Shown here: piece by piece, positions 46,468-59,844 of the stretch
How the letters are laid out: each line of letters begins with the position of its first letter
How positions within the stretch are numbered: position 1 is the first letter of the stretch
Assembly: GCA_965203555.1 (NCBI GenBank)
Contig: CBDBCY010000004.1
Location: 384,001 to 448,000 of the forward strand
Direction: 5' to 3'
From: Acidimicrobiia bacterium
GTDB lineage: Bacteria; Actinomycetota; Acidimicrobiia; Spongiisociales; ZC4RG35
Length of the DNA stretch: 64,000 bases
Notes under the pieces: model-generated
What the model saw: only the letters and a program-made list of their open reading frames with translations
Database searches by the model: none
What the model was told of the DNA's origin: nothing
Translations under genes and position numbers: made by a program

Positions 46468-47160
46468 CTACAGAGGTATCTCGGCGCCGTTGAGCAACCA
46501 TGCCTGCGGTGAGAGCAGGAATTCGGCGACGGCAGCCACGTCATCGGGGGTGGGCCAGAGGCTGTGGTCGGCGTCGGGCATGGCCTCTCGAGAGGCCGGG
46601 GTATCGATTACCGACGGCACCAGGACCGAGACCGAAACGGCGGTTTTCCGAAGTTCGGCCGCCAGGGTGCGGCCCAGGGCCACCACCCCCGCCTTGGCGA
46701 TGTTGAAGGCGGCCTGTCCGGGGGGAGTCTTGAAGGCGGCCCGGCTTGCGGTCAGCACTACACGAGCCCATTCGGCACGGCGCAGGTAGGGGAGAGCCGC
46801 CCGCACCACCGTGAAAGCGGAGCGAAGATTGCTGTCGAGCATCCTCTCCAGTCGCAGATCCGAGGTTTTCTCGATGCTCCTGCCTCCCGCCCAGGCGCCG
46901 GCCAGGCAGGCCAGACCCGCAAGGTCACAATCGTTATCCATCAACTCCGTAAAGAACCTTTCCACGGCGCGAGAGTCAGTCACATCCACCCTGCGGAGGC
47001 TGATCCGGTCGTGATGGGTGCCGAACCGGTCCTCAAAACCCGCCGCATCGGCGGGTATGAGGTAAGTGATGGCCAGGCGCAGATCTTTGTTGCGCAACAA
47101 CCTGCTGGTGAGAGCCTGCCCCAGCCAGCCGGTCCCGCCGGTAATAACCACCGTTCTCAT
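46468..47160 (-). CDS. SDR family oxidoreductase
   Basis: TGGTGWLG; FNIAK at the usual YxxxK position; VLVPSVIDTP. Confidence 0.85.
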   Translation of the reverse strand: MRTVVITGGTGWLGQALTSRLLRNKDLRLAITYLIPADAAGFEDRFGTHHDRISLRRVDVTDSRAVERFFTELMDNDCDLAGLACLAGAWAGGRSIEKTSDLRLERMLDSNLRSAFTVVRAALPYLRRAEWARVVLTASRAAFKTPPGQAAFNIAKAGVVALGRTLAAELRKTAVSVSVLVPSVIDTPASREAMPDADHSLWPTPDDVAAVAEFLLSPQAWLLNGAEIPL

Positions 47161-47345
47161 ATCCCTTCAATTGTGGCAGATCGAGGTAACGATTGTGGCA
47201 GATCGGGGTGACGATTCGCACCTTTTTCCGAAGGATCGGAAAGTGGTACGGACGGCATCACGAGGTACGACCGGCATCATGACGTCGACGCGGCGACCGG
47301 ACCTGACGCCCGCCGCTTTCCATATCTGCCTAGTCTCGGGTATCG

Positions 47346-48413
47346 ATGTCCACCCTGGCGATCACCGGACTGCCCAACAGCGGAAAGAGTTCCCTGTTTG
47401 CCGCGCTGACCGGGCGCTACGAAGGAATTGCGCCGTTTCCTTTCTCGACAACCGCAACCCGAGTCGGGGTCCTGCCCATCGAAGACTCCCTGCTCGGCGA
47501 ACTGGGCCGGTTGGAGGGATCCGCTCGTATCACCCGCGCTTTCCTGGAGGTGACGGACACCCCTCCCCGGAATCGCTCGGGAGGGGAGATCGACGCCGAA
47601 ACCGTGGGCAAGATTCGTCAGGCCGACTGCCTGGTCGTGGTCCTCGGCGCCTTTTCGGATCCGGCCACGCCCGAAGGCGCCTCGAAGGCCGACCCTGCCC
47701 AACAGGTGGAGGAAACCATATTGGACCTGGCATTGAACGATGCGGACATCTTTGAACGCTCTCTTCTGCGCTTACGCAATCAGGCCACCTCCCGGCCGGA
47801 ACGGCGACTGGCTTACCGGACAGTGGCCAAGGCTGCTGAGATCACCCGGGAGGGACGGCTGTTGAGATCGACACCTTGGTCGGAAAGCGAATTGACCGCG
47901 TTGGGAGACTTTGCTCCCCTCACTCTCAAACCGCTGGTCTGGGTGATCAATGCCGACGAGGACCGGCTTTCCGATTCTTTCGAGGAAACCAGGACGGTGA
48001 CGCCCTCCGGCGACCCGGTGGTAACGGTCACCGCGCAATTGGAGGCCGAAGCCGCATCACTGGATCCCCGGGACCAGACCGAAATGAGAGAGGCATTCGG
48101 GTTGGGAGAGGGAGCAGCCGCCACCATTTCCCGGGCCGCGCTCAAGGCGTTGGACCTTTGCACCTTCATAACCGCCAACGTCCGGGAAACCCGCGCCTGG
48201 TTGACCCCGGTGGGCTCGAGCGCCCGGCGAGCGGCGGGCAAGGTCCACTCCGACATGGAAAGGGGATTCATAAGGGCCGAAGTGGCAAGCGCGGCGAGTG
48301 TGATCCGGGCCGGAGGATGGGAGACGGCGCGCCGCAGCGGTGCGGTGCGGGTCGAGGGCCGGGACTACCCGGTGCAGCCCCAGGACATTCTCCGGATCCG
48401 TTTTTCTGTTTAG
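47346..48413 (+). CDS. YchF/Obg-like ATPase with C-terminal TGS (DUF933) domain, divergent
   Basis: GLPNSGKS, PFST, AAGKVHSDMERGFIRAEV, EGRDY.VQ..DI..IRF. Confidence 0.85.
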   Translation: MSTLAITGLPNSGKSSLFAALTGRYEGIAPFPFSTTATRVGVLPIEDSLLGELGRLEGSARITRAFLEVTDTPPRNRSGGEIDAETVGKIRQADCLVVVLGAFSDPATPEGASKADPAQQVEETILDLALNDADIFERSLLRLRNQATSRPERRLAYRTVAKAAEITREGRLLRSTPWSESELTALGDFAPLTLKPLVWVINADEDRLSDSFEETRTVTPSGDPVVTVTAQLEAEAASLDPRDQTEMREAFGLGEGAAATISRAALKALDLCTFITANVRETRAWLTPVGSSARRAAGKVHSDMERGFIRAEVASAASVIRAGGWETARRSGAVRVEGRDYPVQPQDILRIRFSV

Positions 48414-48457
48414 GTTCCAAAAAAAAGCGGCCTCGATATTGTATTGTTATCCCACTA

Positions 48458-50677
48458 GTGACCCCTGTACTGGCCGCTTCTGAATCAGGAGGGTTGAGCC
48501 TCCTGGACGAACACCAGTTGTTCGTCTTCCTGATTCAATTGACTCTGCTGGTGGGAACCGCCCGGTTGCTGGGAGGCATTGCCAACAAGATGCGCCAACC
48601 GCCGGTGGTTGGACAGCTAATTGCCGGGGTATTGATCGGTCCCAGCGTGCTGGGCCAGTTCTACCCGAACACCTTCGAGTGGATCTTCGCCGACTCGACC
48701 GTGGGATCGGTCATATACGGGTTGGCCTGGCTGGCGGTGATCATGGTGCTGGTCGTGATCGGGTATGAGACCGACCTGGGCATCATCATGCGTCTGCGCA
48801 AGGCCGCCGTCAACGTCTCCGCCGGCGCTCTGCTGGCGCCCTTGGTGGTGGTAGGGCTGGTGGCGTTGTTGACCCCGTCTTCTTTCATAGGGGACACCAG
48901 CAGGGGTCTGTACGCGGCATTCATGGCGCTGGCCCTGTCGGTGGCTGCTCTGCCGGTGGTAGCCAAGATTCTCCTCGATCTGGGAATGTTGCGACGCAAC
49001 TTCGGCCAGGTGACCTTGGCGGTGAGCATGACCATGGACTCCGTGGGGTGGTTGATCCTGGCGGGGCTGGCAGGTATCGCTCAGGAAGGGTTCGAACCGA
49101 CCCGGTTACTTACTTCCCTGGGAGGTCTGGTCTTGTTCGTGGCACTGGCCGCCACGGTCGGCAAGTGGATGCTCAACCATGCGATGCGCCTGGCTTTACG
49201 TAGCGGTTGGAACCTCCAAGCTGCCCTCACAGTCAGCCTCGTGGCAGCTATCGGTGGGGGGGCGATAACCCATGTCCTGGGCCTTGAGGCCATCCTGGGC
49301 GCTTTCATCGTGGGGATCATCCTCGCCACGTTGCGCTACCAGATCGGCGAAGTGCGTCATGTATTGGAAATCATGACCGACTCCTTTTTCGCCCCCATCT
49401 TCTTTGCCTTCAGCGGACTGCGGGTGGACATATCACTGCTGGCCAGCCCCAGCGCCGTCATCTGGACGGTGACGCTCATCGTGCTGGCGGTGGCCGCCAA
49501 GGTGTTCGGCACCCTGGTGGGCGCCCGGAAGGCAGGCCTCACCTTCCGGGAAGGCCTGGCCTTGGGATCAGGTCTGTCGGCGCTTGGCGCCATGGGAATC
49601 GTGGTCGCCCTGGTGGGCCTGAGTCTGGGAGTTCTGAGCGACACCGGATACACCGTGATCGTTCTGGCCGCCATCGTAACCTCGCTGATCGCTCCGATCA
49701 TGCTGAAGCTGGCTGTGAAGGGAATGGAGGCTGGAGAGGAGGAGCAGTCTCGCTTGGAATCGGAAGCCATTCGGTCGCAGTCCCAGATTCTGGGTTCAGA
49801 ACGAATCCTTATTCCCACCCGAGGAGGCGCCAACAGCGTCTATGCAGCCAACCAACTCAAGATCCTGTTTCCGGCGGCCGAAATAACGGTGCTGGCGGTC
49901 ACCGGCCAGCGGGGCAGTTGGATAAAGCGATTGATCGGCGCCGAGGTCACCCGGGACGCCGGCCCCGAAGAAGCTATGAAAGCACTGGGGTCCGATCGGC
50001 ACCGACTGATCCGTCGACAGCGAAGGGACCCTGCGGAAGCTATTCTCGGCGAGGCCACACTCGGCTATGACCTGGTGGTGCTAGGCGCCACCGAGCCCGC
50101 CGACGAGAGCGAAGTCTTCTCCTCGGTGATCGACCGGGTGCTGTCCAAGCTGGAGCTGCCGGCCCTTATTTTCCGATATCCCAGCCCGGACCCGGAGGGC
50201 AGGCTCCCTGACTCGGCGCCTCTCGCCGTCAACCGGGTGCTGCTGTCTGTGGAGTCGAACCGGGCCTCCCGCGCCGCAGAGGAGGTGGCATACTCTCTGG
50301 CGGCGCACAACGACGGCTTGGTCTTGGCATTGCATCTGATCGCAGAGGCTGCCGACGGACCGTTTCACTTCGACATGCTGAGCAGCGCCCAGAACTACAT
50401 GACGGGCCTGGAGATGGTGGAGGAATCGGTGGCCTTCGGGGAACGACTGGGCGCGAGAGTGGATGCCGATGTCAAGCCGGTGGCCCAGCCGGTGGGAGAC
50501 TTGGTGGAGACCGCCAACACAGGGAATTGGGATCTTCTGGTGATGGGCGCCACCAGCCGGCCACTCACCAATCGACCCTTCTTCGGATACGGCATGTCCT
50601 ATGTTCTCAAATATGTCACCATCCCGATGGTGATCGTGTCCATTCCCGACGTTGTATCCCGCTATACGCCCCGCTGA
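48458..50677 (+). CDS. Cation:proton antiporter (CPA2) fused to USP domains
   Basis: QPPVVGQLIAGVLIGPS, ~12 transmembrane helices, then two USP-like domains (DLVVLGA, DLLVMGA). Confidence 0.88.
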   Translation: MTPVLAASESGGLSLLDEHQLFVFLIQLTLLVGTARLLGGIANKMRQPPVVGQLIAGVLIGPSVLGQFYPNTFEWIFADSTVGSVIYGLAWLAVIMVLVVIGYETDLGIIMRLRKAAVNVSAGALLAPLVVVGLVALLTPSSFIGDTSRGLYAAFMALALSVAALPVVAKILLDLGMLRRNFGQVTLAVSMTMDSVGWLILAGLAGIAQEGFEPTRLLTSLGGLVLFVALAATVGKWMLNHAMRLALRSGWNLQAALTVSLVAAIGGGAITHVLGLEAILGAFIVGIILATLRYQIGEVRHVLEIMTDSFFAPIFFAFSGLRVDISLLASPSAVIWTVTLIVLAVAAKVFGTLVGARKAGLTFREGLALGSGLSALGAMGIVVALVGLSLGVLSDTGYTVIVLAAIVTSLIAPIMLKLAVKGMEAGEEEQSRLESEAIRSQSQILGSERILIPTRGGANSVYAANQLKILFPAAEITVLAVTGQRGSWIKRLIGAEVTRDAGPEEAMKALGSDRHRLIRRQRRDPAEAILGEATLGYDLVVLGATEPADESEVFSSVIDRVLSKLELPALIFRYPSPDPEGRLPDSAPLAVNRVLLSVESNRASRAAEEVAYSLAAHNDGLVLALHLIAEAADGPFHFDMLSSAQNYMTGLEMVEESVAFGERLGARVDADVKPVAQPVGDLVETANTGNWDLLVMGATSRPLTNRPFFGYGMSYVLKYVTIPMVIVSIPDVVSRYTPR

Positions 50678-50845
50678 TCCCGGGTGGGAGGCTTATTCGT
50701 CGGCCTCCTGCGGGATTGGGGAGTGTCGAATCCGGTCGTGGTAGCGGTCTTCATCCCAATCCCGCCCCGACCGGTATCCTGCCTGCTCCCTTACCGGCGG
50801 TTATGATTCAAATGGGCTTCGCAAAACCGAGGAAGGATTAGCAAA

Positions 50846-52048
50846 TTGTCTTCCATCAAATTCGAAAGAGTCGGAAAGGTATATCCGGGAGGCACCAGAG
50901 CGATCACCGACGTCAGCATCGAGGTTGCCGACGGAGAATTCGTGGTGCTGGTCGGCCCGTCAGGATGCGGCAAGTCGACCCTGCTGAGAATGGTGGCCGG
51001 CTTGGAAGAGGTGACCGAGGGAACCCTTCGGATCGGCGACAAGGTGGTTAACGAGGTCTCACCCAAAGATCGCGACATTGCCATGGTGTTCCAGAACTAT
51101 GCGCTCTATCCCCACATGAGCGTGTTCGACAACATGGCGTTCGGTTTGAAGATGCGCCGCATGCCCCGCGAGGAGATCAGGCAGAAGGTTCGAGAAGCGG
51201 CATCCATCCTGGAGATATCGGAGTTGATGGACCGCAAGCCCAAGTCGCTGTCGGGCGGACAGCGCCAGCGCGTGGCCATGGGAAGGGCGATCGTGAGGGA
51301 ACCGGCAGCTTTCCTTATGGATGAGCCTCTCTCGAATCTCGACGCCAAACTGCGGGTCCAGATGCGCGCTGAATTGGGAATCCTGCACAAGCGCCTACAG
51401 ACCACCACTCTGTATGTGACCCACGACCAGGTGGAGGCAATGACAATGGGCGACCGAGTGGCGGTCTTGCGCAAAGCCAGCGAAGACCAGACCAACCTGC
51501 AACAGATCGACACTCCCAGGGTGCTCTACGATCACCCTGCCAACCTGTTCGTCGCCGGGTTCATAGGCTCGCCTTCCATGAATTTCGTCTATGGCAGCAT
51601 CAAAGCGCGGGGCGCCGAAGTCTCTCTCATCTTTGCCGACGAAGAGGTCGCCCTCCCCGGTTCGGTGATGTCCGAACATCCCCGGTTGGCCTCTTACACA
51701 GACCGGCAGATTGTGGTGGGCATCAGACCCGAGGCTTTCGACATCTACTCCCCGGCGTCGGAACGCGAGGGACCGGCGGCCATCGCCGCCGATGCAACCC
51801 TGGTGGAGCAATTGGGGTCCGAGGCGTATGTCCACTTCAGCAAACCGGCGCCTCCGGTGATCACCCCCGACATTCGAGAACTCCTGGAGGACGAAGGAAG
51901 CGACGTTTCGTCTCTTGGTGACACCACCAAATTCGTGGCCCGCGTCAACCCCGATCTGGCCCCCAGCGGCGGAGACCGGATTCAATTGCTTGTCGACACC
52001 TCCAAGTTGCACTTCTTCGACGACGAGACCGGTAGCGCCATCACCTAG
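50846..52048 (+). CDS. Sugar ABC transporter ATPase (MsiK/UgpC-like)
   Basis: GPSGCGKST, LSGGQRQRVAMGRA, DEPLSNLDAKLR, FIGSPSMN. Confidence 0.93.
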   Translation: MSSIKFERVGKVYPGGTRAITDVSIEVADGEFVVLVGPSGCGKSTLLRMVAGLEEVTEGTLRIGDKVVNEVSPKDRDIAMVFQNYALYPHMSVFDNMAFGLKMRRMPREEIRQKVREAASILEISELMDRKPKSLSGGQRQRVAMGRAIVREPAAFLMDEPLSNLDAKLRVQMRAELGILHKRLQTTTLYVTHDQVEAMTMGDRVAVLRKASEDQTNLQQIDTPRVLYDHPANLFVAGFIGSPSMNFVYGSIKARGAEVSLIFADEEVALPGSVMSEHPRLASYTDRQIVVGIRPEAFDIYSPASEREGPAAIAADATLVEQLGSEAYVHFSKPAPPVITPDIRELLEDEGSDVSSLGDTTKFVARVNPDLAPSGGDRIQLLVDTSKLHFFDDETGSAIT

Positions 52049-52069
52049 AACCACGAATGGGCTGACACC

Positions 52070-53386
52070 TCAATTATTGGTGGAACTCCATTCGGTACGG
52101 CCGGCGCGAGCTTTGTCCACGTTAACCAGACTCAGTAGCACGAATCCCACCACGAAGAAAATTACCAGCGACAACACGCCCGGTCGGCTGGAACCGGTCA
52201 CCTGTCGGAAGGTCGCAAAGATGATGGGCCCCCAGATAGCGGAGAACTTGGTGAACACGGAGAAGAATCCGAAGAACTCGGACGAAGCCTGCTCGGGGAT
52301 GATCGACCCGTACAGACTGCGGCTCAGCGCCTGGGTGCCGCCCATCACCACCCCGATGACCATTCCCAGAGCCAACAGGGGAAGGTTCTGCCCCACCGGC
52401 AGGTAATAGGCGGCGACCAGCACGCCCGTCCACACCACCAAGGCGATCAACACCGATCGCTTGGGACCGATCCGATCGGATAACCGCCCGAACATCAGCG
52501 CTCCGAAAAAAGCCGTGAACTGCACGATGAGCAGCAAAAGGGCAATGAAAGCAGTGCTGATCTCCAGCGTTTCCGACGCGTAGATGGCGGAGATGCTTAT
52601 GACCGTCTGCACGCCGTCTATATAGAAGATATAGGCCACCACGAACAGCAGCAGTTGCTTGTGTCCCGAAAGCCTCCGGCAGGTACTCCAGGTACGGCTG
52701 AAACCGATTCGCATGTAGGCGAGAACCCGACTCTGACCTTCTTCGGTTCCCAGCGCTCCCTGGGATTCTCCAATCTCCTGCATTCTCCGGAAGGCGTACC
52801 ACGAAAAACCTGCCCACCACAATCCCGACCCACCGATAGCCAGTCGGGCGGCCATATCCTCCTCAAATCCCAGGTTCTCGGAGTAGAAGATGAAGATCAA
52901 GGCCAGCAGCAGATAGATGCCGCCTCCTATATACCCGTATGCGTAACCCTTGGAACTGACCCCGTCAATGGTGTCGTCAGTACTGATATTCGGAAGCATG
53001 CCGTCGTAGAAGACATTGCCGGCCGCGAGCCCGAAGTGGGAAGCCAGGAACATCACGATGGCCAGCAGCACATCGCCGCTGGCGACGAAAGCGAAACATG
53101 TGACGAACAGCGCGCCCCCGTAGGCAAAGACCCTCAGGAACATCAGGCGTCGGGCGCTGTAGTCGGCTATCGCTCCCAACACGGGGGTTATCAAGAACAG
53201 CCCCAAGGAGATCAGCCCGACCATGTATCCCCACAGAGACTCGGCGCTGAAACCCATCCAACCTTCTTCAGGAACGATCACCGACGCGAAATAGGCTGGA
53301 AGGATCCCCGCTGCAATAACGACATACCCGGAATTGGCCCAGTCGTACATGGCCCACCCGAAAATGGTGCGTCGATCGTTCCGCAT
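52070..53386 (-). CDS. MFS transporter, UMF1/ATG22-like
   Basis: GWAMYDWANS, GAIAD, GGTQALSRS, EFFGF. Confidence 0.9.
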   Translation of the reverse strand: MRNDRRTIFGWAMYDWANSGYVVIAAGILPAYFASVIVPEEGWMGFSAESLWGYMVGLISLGLFLITPVLGAIADYSARRLMFLRVFAYGGALFVTCFAFVASGDVLLAIVMFLASHFGLAAGNVFYDGMLPNISTDDTIDGVSSKGYAYGYIGGGIYLLLALIFIFYSENLGFEEDMAARLAIGGSGLWWAGFSWYAFRRMQEIGESQGALGTEEGQSRVLAYMRIGFSRTWSTCRRLSGHKQLLLFVVAYIFYIDGVQTVISISAIYASETLEISTAFIALLLLIVQFTAFFGALMFGRLSDRIGPKRSVLIALVVWTGVLVAAYYLPVGQNLPLLALGMVIGVVMGGTQALSRSLYGSIIPEQASSEFFGFFSVFTKFSAIWGPIIFATFRQVTGSSRPGVLSLVIFFVVGFVLLSLVNVDKARAGRTEWSSTNN

Positions 53387-53555
53387 CTGAGATAGAACAT
53401 TACTCGCCAGCGTTCGCCGCCCCCGGCAGCGGCCTTGCCCACCGGACTCGGGCATTCAATCTCCTGCTAGTCTCCGCCCGGCCCGACGCCTCTTTCCGGC
53501 GCCGGGCGTCTTTTATGATCTTTGTATCCTGTCCCGTTCACATTTGTAGAGAGTC

Positions 53556-54386
53556 ATGGCTTTCTTTCTCGCCGGCCTGACCTCTCTTCTCTACGGGTTA
53601 TGTGATTTCGCCGGGGGTTTGGCCACCCGCCGCGCGCCGGTTCTGGCGGTGACGCTATGGGCCAACCTGGTTGGCCTGGGAATCGCGCTATTCGTCTCCG
53701 TGATACACCATCTCGTGCTGGGAGATTCCCCTACCCTTGCCGACCTGGCCTGGGGGCTGGGCAGTGGAGTGGCGGGAGTCGGCGCCCTCGCCATGTACTT
53801 CCAGGGAATGGCCAAGGGCCAGATGGCCGTGGTGGCGCCTGTTTCGGCGGTCACCCTGGCGGTGGTTCCTCTGCTCTTCGGAGTCTTGACAGGCGAACGC
53901 TACGGTGTGCTGTCGTGGGTGGGAGTGGCGGTGGCTCTTCCTGCTCTATGGCTCACCGTTCGACAGAGAAGAGATGATCAACGGCCTGGCAAGGCGATCT
54001 ATGGCTTGGCGGCGGGCCTTGTTTTCTCGCTCTTTTTGATCGGTATCGCCCAAACCTCGTCCGAAGCCGGGATGTGGCCATTAGTGGCGGTGCGGATCGG
54101 AGGGCTGGCTCTGTTGACACTCCTCCTGACAGTACGCAGAACATCACCCACCCTTCCCCGAGAGGTTCGCCCACTGGCTTTCCTGGCCGGCGGTGACATT
54201 CTGGCCAACCTCACCTATCTCTTGGCGGTCCGGATCGGCCCGTTCGGCCTGGTGGCGGTGGCGTCCTCGTTCTACCCGGTGGTGATCGCAGTGATGGCCC
54301 GGTTCGTGGAAAAGGAAAAGATGTCACCCACCCGAATCCTGGGGCTCACCCTTTCCATGATCTCCCTGGTCCTGATCGCACTCTGA
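53556..54386 (+). CDS. EamA/DMT transporter, paralogue 1
   Basis: DFAGGLATRR, GQMAVVAPVSA, SFYP. Confidence 0.88.
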   Translation: MAFFLAGLTSLLYGLCDFAGGLATRRAPVLAVTLWANLVGLGIALFVSVIHHLVLGDSPTLADLAWGLGSGVAGVGALAMYFQGMAKGQMAVVAPVSAVTLAVVPLLFGVLTGERYGVLSWVGVAVALPALWLTVRQRRDDQRPGKAIYGLAAGLVFSLFLIGIAQTSSEAGMWPLVAVRIGGLALLTLLLTVRRTSPTLPREVRPLAFLAGGDILANLTYLLAVRIGPFGLVAVASSFYPVVIAVMARFVEKEKMSPTRILGLTLSMISLVLIAL

Positions 54387-54389
54387 CCC

Positions 54390-55223
54390 ATGGCCCTTGC
54401 GCTGGCAGGACTGACCGCTCTCATCTATGGGTCCTGCCATTTCGCCGGAGGAACGGCAACCCGCCGCGCCCCGGTTCTGGCAGTCACCTTCTGGGCCAAC
54501 CTTATCGGGTTGGGCATAGCTGCGGTTGCATCAATCATCCATCATCAAGTGATCGGCGCCTCCTTAACCCTGACCGATGTGGCTTGGGGGGCACTGACCG
54601 GCGTGGCTGGCCTAGTGGGAGTTGTTTTCCAGTTTCAAGGCCTCGCAAAAGGTCAGATGGCAGTGGTGGCGCCGGTCTCCGCGGTGACTCAGGCCACAGT
54701 TCCCTTTCTGTTTGCGGTTGTCACTGGAGAGCAACACGGAGCGATGGCGTGGTTGGGGCTGTCAGTGGCGATTCCAGCCCTGTGGTTGACCGTCCATCGA
54801 CAACGGGACCAGGACCGCCCGGGCAGAGCCCTGTATGGACTGGCTGCGGGCCTGGCTCTGTCCGTATGGTTCATTGCCATCGCGCAAACCTCGCCGCAAG
54901 CCGGACTATGGCCGGTCCTCACACTCAGAGGAACCGGTCTCATCCTTCTGGGAGTTCTGCTGCTGATCCGCCGGGAACCGCCTACGCTGCCTCCGAATGC
55001 TCGTCCTCTGGCGCTCGCTTCTGGCGCTTACACCTTGGCGAACATCACCTATCTGGCGGCGGTGCACATCGGACCGTTCGGCCTGGTGACATTGGCCACT
55101 TCCTTTTACCCGGCCGTCACTGTTCTGCTGGCCCTGGTGGTAGCCAAAGAGAAGGTGTCTCCTCAACGGATGACGGGACTGGCGCTTTCGGTCGCTTCCC
55201 TGGCTCTTATAACCTCCAGTTGA
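54390..55223 (+). CDS. EamA/DMT transporter, paralogue 2
   Basis: HFAGGTATRR, GQMAVVAPVSA, SFYPA. Confidence 0.88.
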   Translation: MALALAGLTALIYGSCHFAGGTATRRAPVLAVTFWANLIGLGIAAVASIIHHQVIGASLTLTDVAWGALTGVAGLVGVVFQFQGLAKGQMAVVAPVSAVTQATVPFLFAVVTGEQHGAMAWLGLSVAIPALWLTVHRQRDQDRPGRALYGLAAGLALSVWFIAIAQTSPQAGLWPVLTLRGTGLILLGVLLLIRREPPTLPPNARPLALASGAYTLANITYLAAVHIGPFGLVTLATSFYPAVTVLLALVVAKEKVSPQRMTGLALSVASLALITSS

Positions 55224-55406
55224 GGGTTTGGTCGGGGAAATTCGCAGACCGCCGAAGGCTCGACAAGATCCTGACCGGGTCGGAACACTTGGGCGGCGAT
55301 CCTCCCGGTTGGTTCTCAGATCCAATCGCGTACCCGCCCGGGAGACTGATTCCCAGGCATATGATGTGTGCATGCCCCAGCGCGCAACCCTCTGTACCGG
55401 AGCCTC

Positions 55407-56237
55407 ATGGCCATCTTCCTGGCCGCGCTGACATCTGTTCTCTACGGGGTGTTCGATTTCGCCGGGGGCATGGCCACGCGTCGCGCCTCCGTATTCTCGG
55501 TCGCCTTTTGGTCCAATGTCTCGGGCTTGGCTTTGTCCGTTGTCATCGCCTTTGCCAACTTCCTCGTGGTGGGAACCGCCGCCACCGTCTCCGACCTTGC
55601 TTGGGGAGCATTCAGCGGGGTGGCCGGAGTCATCGGAGTGATCTTCTACTTCCAGGGCCTGGCCAAGGGCCGGATGGCGGTGGTTTCTCCGGTTTCCGCC
55701 ATCACTCTCTCCCTGGTTCCCTTCCTGTTCGGCTTCCTGACCGGAGAACGCTATGCCCTTCTGGCATGGATCGGAGTAGCTCTGGCGGGCCCAGCCATGT
55801 GGTTGACTGTTTCCACCAGGCAACGGGCCAACCGACCGGGGAAGGCGGCATACGGACTGGGCGCCGGTCTGGCTTTCTCCCTGGTCTTCATCGGCATGGC
55901 CCAAATACCGGCGGCGGCCGGATTCTGGCCGTTGATCCCCTTAAAGGTCTGCAGTCTCGTTGCCGCGGGAATTCTGGTGAAGGTCCGACGAGTTCCGCTC
56001 AAGATGCCAAGAAAGCAATTTGCTTTGGCTTTCGCCGCCGGGGGCACCGTGCTGGCCAATCTCACCTACTTGCTCGCAGTGCAGATCGGACCGCTGGGAC
56101 TTGTGGCTGTGGCGTCATCCCTCTATCCGGCGGTGGTAGCTGTCATGGCTTTCCTGGTTTATAGGGAAAGCGTCCCGTTACAGCGCCTAACGGGTCTGAT
56201 GTTGTCCCTGGTCGCCCTATCCCTGATAGCCCTCTGA
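55407..56237 (+). CDS. EamA/DMT transporter, paralogue 3
   Basis: DFAGGMATRR, GRMAVVSPVSA, SLYPA. Confidence 0.88.
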   Translation: MAIFLAALTSVLYGVFDFAGGMATRRASVFSVAFWSNVSGLALSVVIAFANFLVVGTAATVSDLAWGAFSGVAGVIGVIFYFQGLAKGRMAVVSPVSAITLSLVPFLFGFLTGERYALLAWIGVALAGPAMWLTVSTRQRANRPGKAAYGLGAGLAFSLVFIGMAQIPAAAGFWPLIPLKVCSLVAAGILVKVRRVPLKMPRKQFALAFAAGGTVLANLTYLLAVQIGPLGLVAVASSLYPAVVAVMAFLVYRESVPLQRLTGLMLSLVALSLIAL

Positions 56238-56249
56238 CACCAATCCCGT

Positions 56250-56684
56250 TCAACGAAGAACCAATCGGGCGCCCAGAATCAAAAACATTATGCCCAGCAG
56301 TTTGGTGAGAGAGATCTCCCTCACCGAGGCGCCCAACCATCCGAAGTGATCGATGATCGTTCCGCCGGTCAACTGGGCGGTCACCAACAGCATGGAACCG
56401 GCCAGCACCCCCACCCGGGAGACCGTGAAGGCGATGCTGCTTATGATCACGATACCGCTGATTCCCGCCAGAAACAGGTACGGTGGGACCTCTCGCCACT
56501 CGGCCAGAGTGGGGCCGCGGATCGCCAGCAGGATCACCGCCATCGCCACCGCTCCCACAATGAAGTTGGCGGCCGTGCCCGCCATCATCCCCACCCGTTG
56601 TTCGAATTCCCCCATCATCTGACTCTGGACCGCGGCCACGACTCCTCCCAGCAATCCGAACAGTACTACGGCCGCCGCGCTCAC
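56250..56684 (-). CDS. Small DMT family transporter (YdcZ/DUF606-like)
   Basis: AAVQS, NFIVG, P.YLFLAGISG, AQL....IDHFGWLG. Confidence 0.85.
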   Translation of the reverse strand: MSAAAVVLFGLLGGVVAAVQSQMMGEFEQRVGMMAGTAANFIVGAVAMAVILLAIRGPTLAEWREVPPYLFLAGISGIVIISSIAFTVSRVGVLAGSMLLVTAQLTGGTIIDHFGWLGASVREISLTKLLGIMFLILGARLVLR

Positions 56685-56786
56685 CGTCAGGAGCCTAACC
56701 GGTGGGCCGAACACATTTTTGCATTGATATTTGCCACGCCTATTGAGACCCTGTGTTACTCTTACAAAAAGTAAAGCCGTTGAAGC

Positions 56787-56962
56787 TGCGCGGGAGAGTC
56801 TCGCTGGTCGAGACGCCGAAGGGGCAAGTCCTCCCGGGAATCTCTCAGGCAAACGGACCGCGTTGACGAGGCAATGCTGAAGAGGGCGGGCGCCACCGCC
56901 GCCGAAGGAGCAAGTTCCTTTCCCGAAAGGAGCGAAAACTCTCAGGCAAACGGGACAGCAGG
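56787..56962 (+). ncRNA. Tandem glycine riboswitch
   Basis: Two aptamers, each G(G/A)AGAG...CGCCGAAGG.GCAA...CTCTCAGGCAAA..GGAC, directly upstream of gcvP. Confidence 0.95.
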
Positions 56963-56994
56963 GAGGATGGACATCCGCGTCCCCAGGAGGTGCA

Positions 56995-59844
<2,850 letters not shown>

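Noticed and set aside
55231-55320. Glycine, SAH or guanidine-III riboswitch
   Set aside because: Only fragments match (CGCCGAAGG, AGGCTCG, CCCGGTCAGGA); the core conserved nucleotides are missing
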